Below are positions 55,181 through 64,000 of a DNA stretch of 64,000 nucleotides, in pieces. The notes beneath the pieces are model-generated. The model worked only from the letters and a program-made list of their open reading frames with translations. It was not told the origin of the DNA and did no database searches. This stretch comes from Eledone cirrhosa (taxonomy: Eukaryota): the NCBI GenBank assembly GCA_964016885.1, contig OZ024754.1, positions 30,070,001 through 30,134,000 on the forward strand, in the 5' to 3' direction. Made by a program: the position numbers and the translations under genes. Within the stretch, counting starts at the first letter, position 1. Every line of letters starts with the position of its first letter.

Positions 55181-55470
55181 TAGAGTTAGAAATAGAAGAT
55201 AAATAGAGAGATAATGGGTGAGAAGAGTAAAGGACGGAGAAAAATGACAAAATCGGGGATATATGTATATATCCAAGGAGTGTAACGTGGAGTTACTGTA
55301 GGTTCACCCGGATGAGCACTCGGTGTTTAGGTTCACTTCAGTGTCAAGGTGTAGAGTTAGACAGAGTTGTATTATAGAATTTTACTATATGTATATATAT
55401 ATATATACTGTACATATATATATATCACATAAGAAACGGAGAATCAGTGTTGCGACGAATAAAATGTATT

Positions 55471-55567
55471 AGACATATTACAATCGTTTCTCTGGCGACC
55501 AGCTTGAGGCACGATCGATGTAATGATCGAACCGGACTCTGAAATCGCAAGGTCCTCAGATACGTCT
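55471..55567 (-). ncRNA. hammerhead ribozyme with extended stem II
   Basis: 8-bp stem I AGACGTAT/ATATGTCT; CTGAGGA; GCGATT/GGTCGC stem II; GAAA-CGATTG-TA. Confidence 0.75.
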
Positions 55568-55597
55568 CGATTCTACGACGCAAAATTTCTAATATAA

Positions 55598-55680
<83 letters not shown>

Positions 55681-55683
<3 letters not shown>

Positions 55684-55884
55684 CGAAGGATGTGGTAAGG
55701 AACTAGATGGACAATAACGCACCAGAGTACTCAATACTTAGGGTAGTAGAGTGGGTAATAGGAAAATGTTTGACCACGACGGCAGAGCTCAAGCCGTTTT
55801 GACGGCTATTTCTGGATTAAATAGAGTCCAGAAATAGCCGTCGAAACGGCTTGAACTCTGCCGTCGGGGTCAAACATTTTCCTA
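55681..55884. mobile_element. family Z tail plus fold-back in (TA)n
   Basis: Arms 55758-55817 and 55826-55884. Confidence 0.88.
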
Positions 55885-56048
55885 TATATATATATATGTG
55901 TGTGTGTATGAGTGTGTGTGTCTATATATATGTGTGTGTGTGTCTGTGTGTATATATATATATATATATATATTCCCCGTTTTTCTCATTTTTCTCCGTC
56001 CTTTCCTCTTCTCATCCATTATCTATCTATCTTCTATTTCTAACTCTA

Positions 56049-56084
56049 TCTTCTGATGAAGAACTAGTGACCGAAACGTTAAGA
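56049..56084 (+). ncRNA. minimal hammerhead ribozyme (mirror of 55145)
   Basis: Core intact; stem II degenerate. Confidence 0.5.
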
Positions 56085-56329
56085 CGCTTTTCCTGCTATT
56101 TCAAGCGTTAAACTAATAAACTTTTTCAAATAAAAAGTATGGACAAAGACAAGAGGAAGACGTACGAAACACAGTCTCAACTCATCAATCGATATGAGTG
56201 AGTGTGTGTGTTTGAGTATATGTGTGTGTGAGTGTGTGTGTGTGTATGCGCGTGTGTCTGTCTGTGTATGTGTATGGATGTGTGTTTGTATGTAGGTAGG
56301 TAGGTATTCATGTGTATGTGTATGTATAT

Positions 56330-56432
<103 letters not shown>

Positions 56433-56741
56433 GGCGTTGTAACATCATGAAAGTTCCTCACAAATTATTTACATTAAGAAGCTAGGTTCTGTTGTAGTCA
56501 AAGTTCAGATCGTACCAAGGGACTGACATTGCATTTTATCGATGCATATTCGATTAATTAAATACCAATTTTACAATAAGGTCGATTCGATTTACCATAT
56601 GCAAACCCCATGAGTATATAAACAGGTAGTTCAGTGCTTTAGTATGTATGTGTATATATGTATACATATATGTGTTTATGTACATATGTATATGTGTGTA
56701 TAGTGAGAGAGTATGGGCGTGTGATTTATATTTATATATAA

Positions 56742-56810
<69 letters not shown>

Positions 56811-56865
56811 CATATATATATATACATATTTGTTTTGCAAGGTTTTTGATATAACAATATATATA

Positions 56866-57287
56866 TATTGTTATACTTTGGGAGGGTCATGTTGCCAATA
56901 AGAAACACGCGCACCAGTTGCTTTCACTCCAATTTATTATAAATTAAATTTATAAATTTAAGAATTTATAAATTTCCGGTTGATAGGTTCCACAACCGGG
57001 CGGTTGTTCATATATAGTCAAAGTTCTTTCGTCACAGATTCTGTAACCTCTTCTGGGGATTATTTTTTTTGTTTTGTGCCTCTCCGGAAATTTATAAATT
57101 CTTAAATTTATAAATTCTTAAATTTATAAATTCTTAAATTTATAAATTTAATTTATAATAAATTGGAGTGAAAGCAACTGGTGCGTGTGTTTCTTATTGG
57201 CAACATGGCTCTCCCAAAGTATAAAAATATCGGTTTCAGCACACGTTTTCAGATAAAGAATCTTGCTAAACAAATTCAGAAACGAAA
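56866..57287. mobile_element. fold-back derivative of PLE family P pLTR
   Basis: Matches 37093-37352 in both orientations; HHR copy broken by a small deletion near 57053. Confidence 0.88.
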
Positions 57288-57598
57288 TATATATCTACAT
57301 ATATGCAAACATATATATATGTGTGTGTGTGTGTATGATATATATGAATGTATTCATATGTATCTGTGAGAATGTCTGAATGTATGCATGTGTATGTGTA
57401 GCAGGATTTACCATTAACAAATGATATAGTAGAATAAAATATAATAATTAATGAAGACCATTAATTATTGCTGAAATATATATAATTGTTTCTAATTTAA
57501 TGGTATTTTATCTTTCTCAATTAACAGTCAATTTATCAAAAATATAGTTGTGTATAATATATGAGTCTGTGTGTTTTTGTCAGTGTGTGGAGGGGGCG

Positions 57599-57665
<67 letters not shown>

Positions 57666-58627
57666 CGTGTGTGTGTGTGTGTATTCGCTCGCACGACACC
57701 AAACATATCTGCACACCAGCATATTTAGATCTCATAATTGCATGAGAATCTGATGATGTCACATGGAGACTGTAAATGGTGTAACTATTTCATGATTACT
57801 AACTATGCCATTGAAATATATATTATGCAATAAAACAATTATGTGAATGTAACACTGTCTGAACAATATAACAATATTTCGTATATATATATATATATAT
57901 ATATATAATAAAATGTGGAGAAGGGGCACACGAGTTGGGATATATATATATATATATATGTGTATACAGTCGCGTGCGTGCGCGTGATTAGATATACATG
58001 GGGCGAGGCGTATATACGTATATATGTGCATCATGTGTGCATCATGTAAGCATACGCTTTTGTCTGCACGTTTTTGCGTGTATATATATATATATTTCTT
58101 ATAGATATTCGTTTCTTGTAGATAGATGTGTGTGTATGCGTGTACCTTGTTTGTCTTCTTTTCTTTAATTTTTTCTTTCTAAATTATTGTTCCATTTTTA
58201 TAAATATATCGAGAATGATACTTTCTTTTTACTATTACACTCCCTTACCTCTTTTTCTTCCGCATATAAGTGTACGTGCGTTTGTGTGTGTTTATACGCG
58301 TGCCTTCATATTCTTGTAATGAATCTAATACCCTGTGTTTCTGTGTACCTACCAAACGGACACTCATTCTGTAGTTACAGAAACACAGATACACTTGCCC
58401 TAACACATATAATTACGCACACTTTTTCACTATACGTACACATTTGTACATACACACATATGTACATCTGTGAGCGTATATACATACATATACACACACC
58501 TAACTATATTTCTTGAAAGATTTTTATATATTTCATATGGCTATTGTAATTCCTTTATCTATATTTATATAATTATTTTTTTTGCTTTTCTTGATGACAC
58601 TTTCCAAGTATTTAGCCATGTTTTATA

Positions 58628-58703
58628 TTGCCTCGTCTGACGAACGAATGAAGACGTTTCTTTCGTATTCACCTCATTCGGGAAACCTCTGGTAATGAGG
58701 TAA
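58628..58703 (+). ncRNA. type I hammerhead ribozyme with extended stem II
   Basis: 9-bp stem I TTGCCTCGT/ATGAGGTAA; CTGACGA; CGAATGA/TCATTCG; GAAA-CC(tct)GG-TA. Confidence 0.85.
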
Positions 58704-58819
58704 TTATATTGTATTGATTTTTATACATTAAATTTTGCTCTGGTACTTACATAGAGCACTCTTCACTTCTATGACCTTTTCTGTTTTCAACGGAAATTTC
58801 AATATATATATATATATAT

Positions 58820-59188
58820 GTAAATATCTTTAAGTCGTTTGGAAGCCCCGACAATGCAAATGGGTAAATCTCCGGGTAACAAGATCTGGTGGTGGAGAGA
58901 AGGATGTAAGTGGGTGTACGTTGAGATGCGTGGTGTGTATGAGATGTGTAGAAGAATGAAGGAAAGAGTAAAAGGGATAAAATAAAAATAACAACACGAG
59001 AGAGAGTTACCTTGGGAGAGATTTATTTTATCCTTTATACTCTTTCCTTCATTCTTCTACACATCTCATACACACCACGCAACTCAACGTACACCCACTT
59101 ACATCCCTCTCTCCACCACCAGATCTTGTTACCCGGAGATTTACCCATTTTCATTGTCGAGGCTTCCAAATGACTTAAAGATATTTAC
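58820..59188. mobile_element. fold-back element with ~165-bp arms next to (TA)n
   Basis: 58820-58986 is the reverse complement of 59022-59188. Confidence 0.88.
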
Positions 59189-59240
59189 TTATTATTCCAC
59201 AATGCTTCAAGCAAACTTCAATACTCTCTTATATATATAC

Positions 59241-59362
<122 letters not shown>

Positions 59363-59683
59363 AGACGATTTATCTTATGTTGGTTAATCTGTATTTTAAT
59401 GGATTGAATATGCAAAGAAACTGTGAAATTTCATTTCTCACTCTTAGTACGGCTGATACTTAAATATAAGTATGTATACGTACATACATATATGTGTACA
59501 GACGTACACTAGTATGTATATACATACATACATGCACACATATATATATGTACGTATGGGTTTACCGAACAATTATTATAATGCTCGATGTGTTTGTAAT
59601 ATCGTTTTCGGTACACCCGGCCGACTAACTCACTCGATATGAAAATTAGGCTGCTCAGCCGTTAATATGCATAAGGAATGTAT

Positions 59684-59726
59684 ACGATGCTGATGACAGC
59701 TAATAAGCTAAAAACTAGTTCATCGT
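59684..59726 (+). ncRNA. hammerhead motif with a G12A lesion (probably inactive)
   Basis: ACGATG-CTGATGA-cAGCT/AGCTa-AAAA-CTAG-TT-CATCGT. Confidence 0.65.
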
Positions 59727-59787
59727 TCCTTAGTCAGTGTTGAACAAAAGGGCAACGATGGTTGCCGAACACTGTACGGCTACTTAT

Positions 59788-60177
59788 ATTTCGTTTCTGA
59801 ATTGAATTTGTTTAGCAAGATTCTTTATCTGAAAACGTGTGTTGAAACCGATATTGTTATACTTTGGGAGGGTCATGTTGCCAATAAGAAACACACGCAC
59901 CAGTTGCTTTCACTTCAATTTATTATAATAAATTTATAAATTTAGGAATTTATAAATTTCCGGTTGGTTGGTTGGTTCCACAACCAGATGGTTGTTTATA
60001 TATTGTCAATTGTTTATATATTGACAATATATAAACAATCAACTGGTTGTGGAACCAACCAACCAACCGGAAATTTATAAATTCTTAAATTTATAAATTT
60101 ATTATAATAAATTGAAGTGAAAGCAACTGGTGCGTGTGTTTCTTATTGGCAACATGACCCTCCCAATGTATAACAAT
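59788..60177. mobile_element. fold-back derivative of PLE family P pLTR
   Basis: Left arm matches 37093-37285; right arm is the inverted copy; (TA)n on the right. Confidence 0.9.
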
Positions 60178-60192
60178 ATATATATATATATA

Positions 60193-60257
<65 letters not shown>

Positions 60258-60401
60258 ATATATATATATATATGTGTGTGTGTATATATATATATATACA
60301 TATGTGTACATATGTATATATATATATATATAAATATATATGTGTAAATATATATCTATATATATATGTATATACATATACATATATATATGTATAAATA
60401 T

Positions 60402-60836
<435 letters not shown>

Positions 60837-60933
60837 ATCTACTCCAAATACTTGTCGAGTGCTTTATATCAGTTATAAAAATATTTGCTTGTTGTATCCC
60901 AACAATTTAAATAGAACTTTGCATATATATATG

Positions 60934-60990
<57 letters not shown>

Positions 60991-61075
60991 GCGCGCGCGC
61001 ACAGGTTGATTCGTATAATATCTTTAATATCTCTAAGTCAAGAGATTTGACTCAGACTTTCTACGTTGTTTTCAG

Positions 61076-61125
61076 AAATGAAGAAAAAAGCAGGAGAAAA
61101 TAACGGAATATATCAATATCCATAA
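61076..61125 (+). other. candidate terminal exon (..MKKKAGENNGIYQYP*)
   Basis: ctttctacgttgttttcag acceptor, short open frame, AATAAA at 61133. Confidence 0.3.
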
Positions 61126-61345
61126 GTTTTAAAATAAAGCTGTTAATATTAGCTGAGTAAAAATAATATATTTTTGGTAATCTCATGGGTGTTAATTTAC
61201 TTCCTATGATTGTCACAATATAAAACAAAGCAACAAAGTGAGATAATTCACATGAAACAATGAATATCAATGAAGCCATCTTTATTTTTACACACACTCA
61301 CATATATATATATATATAACAATACACATCCATAAACGAAAATTA

Positions 61346-61391
<46 letters not shown>

Positions 61392-61687
61392 TAATTTTCG
61401 TTTATGGATGTGTATTGTTTTATTCTTGTTTGTCGATTGTATTGAGTTTTGTTTGTTATTGTTGTTGCTTGTTGTTTTTTTTTTCTTTTGATTCGTCATA
61501 CGTTTCTTATTAGGTGTTGCTCTATTGATTTATGCCATGATATTTATTCATAAAAATCATCTTTTTGGGCAAATGTTTATCGATAAGAGGTTAAAGATGT
61601 ATTTTTCTTTTTTTAGTTTTGTTTAATTATCTCGTCGGATTTTACTAGAATAAACATTTTGTGCATTGTTATTGCTGACATTTCTCG

Positions 61688-61763
<76 letters not shown>

Positions 61764-61804
61764 AATATATATATATATATTGTTATACTTTGCCAATAAG
61801 AAAC

Positions 61805-61836
<32 letters not shown>

Positions 61837-62091
61837 TAATATATATATATATGTATGTATATATATATATGTATGTATGTATGTATATATGTATATATGT
61901 TTATGTATATATATGTATGTATATATATATATGTATGTATGTATGTATATATGTATATATGTTTATATATATATATGTATGTATATATATATATGTATGT
62001 ATGTATATATATATATATATGTATGTATATATATATATGTATGTATATATATATATGTATGTATGTATGTATATATGTATATATGTTTATG

Positions 62092-62132
<41 letters not shown>

Positions 62133-62184
62133 ATATATATATATATTGTTATACTTTGGGAGGGTCATGTTGCCAATAAGAAAC

Positions 62185-62211
<27 letters not shown>

Positions 62212-62216
<5 letters not shown>

Positions 62217-62778
62217 TTGTTTCTACTTTAGGCACAAGGCCAGCAATTACCCAGTGCATTACTGGTACTTTATTTTATCGACCCCGTAAGGATGAGTTTA
62301 TGTATATATATGTGTGTGTGTGTGTTATAATGGATTGGCAGTATCTTGCTTACGATCTGAGTTCAAATCCCGCCGAGGTTATCTCTGCCTGTCATCCTTA
62401 CGGAGTCGATAAAATGAAGTACCAGTAATGCACTGGAGTCTATTTAATCGACTTTTCCCTTCCTTCAAATTGCTTGCCTTGTGCCTAAATCAAAAACCAT
62501 TATTATTATTATAATATTCGGCATCCCAGAGGTGAGTAGTTATGATGTTCGCTTCACAATCGTAAGATCACGGGATCGATCCAGTTTCATAATATAATTG
62601 TTTCTACTTTAGGCACAAGGCCAGCAATTACTCAGTGTATTACTGGTACTTTATTTTATCGACCCCGTAAGGATGAAAGGCAAAGTTAACCTCGGCGGTA
62701 TTTGAACTCAGACTGTAAAGGGACGTAACTATGCTGGAAAGCATGGCGTCCGACTCTCTACCGATACTGCCAATCCAT
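62212..62778. mobile_element. cluster of three SINE A copies
   Basis: 62212-62297 (-), 62330-62510 (+), 62593-62778 (-). Confidence 0.85.
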
Positions 62779-63472
62779 GTTCAGATATTTACCATAACCT
62801 CGAATTGATGTTTGGAAGTCCGTAATTCAAAGTGTCAGCCTTGTCACATACTGTGACTCATTTAATCTCGTTGATAATTACGTTAAGGGGGTCACGTGTC
62901 AATGGAATTCTCATCCCTTGCACGATAATTTCATAAGCAGGCTGCACCGTTGATCAAACAACTGGAATATATATCGGCCAAACCAACGGAGGTCTATTTC
63001 AGCTTATAACTTTATTTCTTCGGTAGTCAACAGTTTTAGAGCAGTAGATTGATAAGAATTGTTAGAGCGGTGATTGTTCCGATTCTTTTTGGTCTGGGAA
63101 TCGATAAAATAAAATGCCAATCACATACCTGTGTCGTCATAATCGACTGTTCCATCACACCAAAGTTTCTGAATACTGTAGTCTATTATTTTTCGGGGGT
63201 CTCGTACAGTTTTACCGTGTATCTAGTACCCAGCAATCTATTTGATCTCTTGACCCATGTCTTCACAGGAATCTCCATTTTTTGTTGGTTAGAAAGGAAG
63301 GAAAACTACCCCAGACTTCACAAACATATCGATTAAAATTAAATAGAACCGACCTCCCTGGATTTCGACAACGTATGTTCCAGTGGAACAGCCTGTTCAC
63401 GATATTAACGTGTTAGTGGCTGAGTATTCTACTGTCACGTGTATCTGTGACGTAATATTCAGGCAAATTTAC

Positions 63473-63592
63473 CGTGACATGTGCGTGACAAAGCTGGCAT
63501 TCCCGTGACATATGCGTAACAAAGCTGGCATTCCCATGACATATGTGACACAAAGCTGGCATTCCTGTTACATATGCGGGACAAAGCTAGCA
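63473..63592. repeat. ~31-bp minisatellite, 4 units
   Basis: CGTGACATATGCGTGACAAAGCTGGCATTCC variants. Confidence 0.85.
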
Positions 63593-64000
63593 CTTCGAAT
63601 CATGAGTATAGTTTCTCCGATGGACATCCAAACAGCTTCCGTCTACCCAATTTCATTCACAAAACTAATTTCTTAACCGTTCGGCCATGCTTTTTCCATC
63701 GCTTCAAAATATTAATAGACAAAACCTATGCACATGCCAGTAAACCTGAATAAAATATCATGAATATATGCATAGACAATGAGGCGACTGAAACAAATGT
63801 GATACTGTAAGGAAAAATATGTGTTGAATACAAACACTATCTTATTATATTTGAAAGTGTCCGTGTTAGATGGTGAAAACATGCAGGTGGGGGGTGGCTG
63901 GAGACAGAGACAGGACTCAACGATGTAAATAAAATGTTGGATGGATTAAAATTGTAAAAATTTAGCAAATTAAAACGAAATGACATCTCATAAAATTATA

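Larger units (their letters stand above)
55046..56184. mobile_element. ~220-bp inverted repeat pair (55046-55270 / 55965-56184) enclosing other HHR elements
   Basis: Arms are reverse complements with scattered mismatches; each has TCTT-CTGATGA..GAAA-CG-TT-AAGA. Confidence 0.8.

Overview
AT-rich, microsatellite-saturated animal genomic DNA. The SINE repertoire and composition suggest an octopus or other coleoid cephalopod (inference). There is no intact long host CDS, and almost all ORF-track entries are microsatellite translations. Recognisable elements are a non-autonomous Helitron, an internally deleted mariner, a Mutator/hAT-like element, a MITE, fragments of R4/Dong, RTE and L1/Tx1 LINEs, a decayed Penelope-like element (PLE) GIY-YIG region and more than 25 tRNA-type SINE copies. 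The main signal is hidden between the (TA)n tracts. By eye I find about 19 type I hammerhead ribozyme (HHR) motifs from about 13 distinct short repeat families, plus decayed ones. They sit in fold-back palindromes or partial tandem repeats embedded in (TA)n. One family is physically joined to the GIY-YIG PLE. Several ribozymes use a compensated U3-A8 core or very long stem II insertions. In two independent families, fold-back copies break at, or within 1 nt of, the predicted self-cleavage site. Together this suggests a (TA)n-targeted, ribozyme-processed PLE/retrozyme system that produces palindromic insertions. A chain of possible micro-exons suggests the window is mostly intronic. All folding and alignment was done by eye, and coordinates may be off by a few nt.
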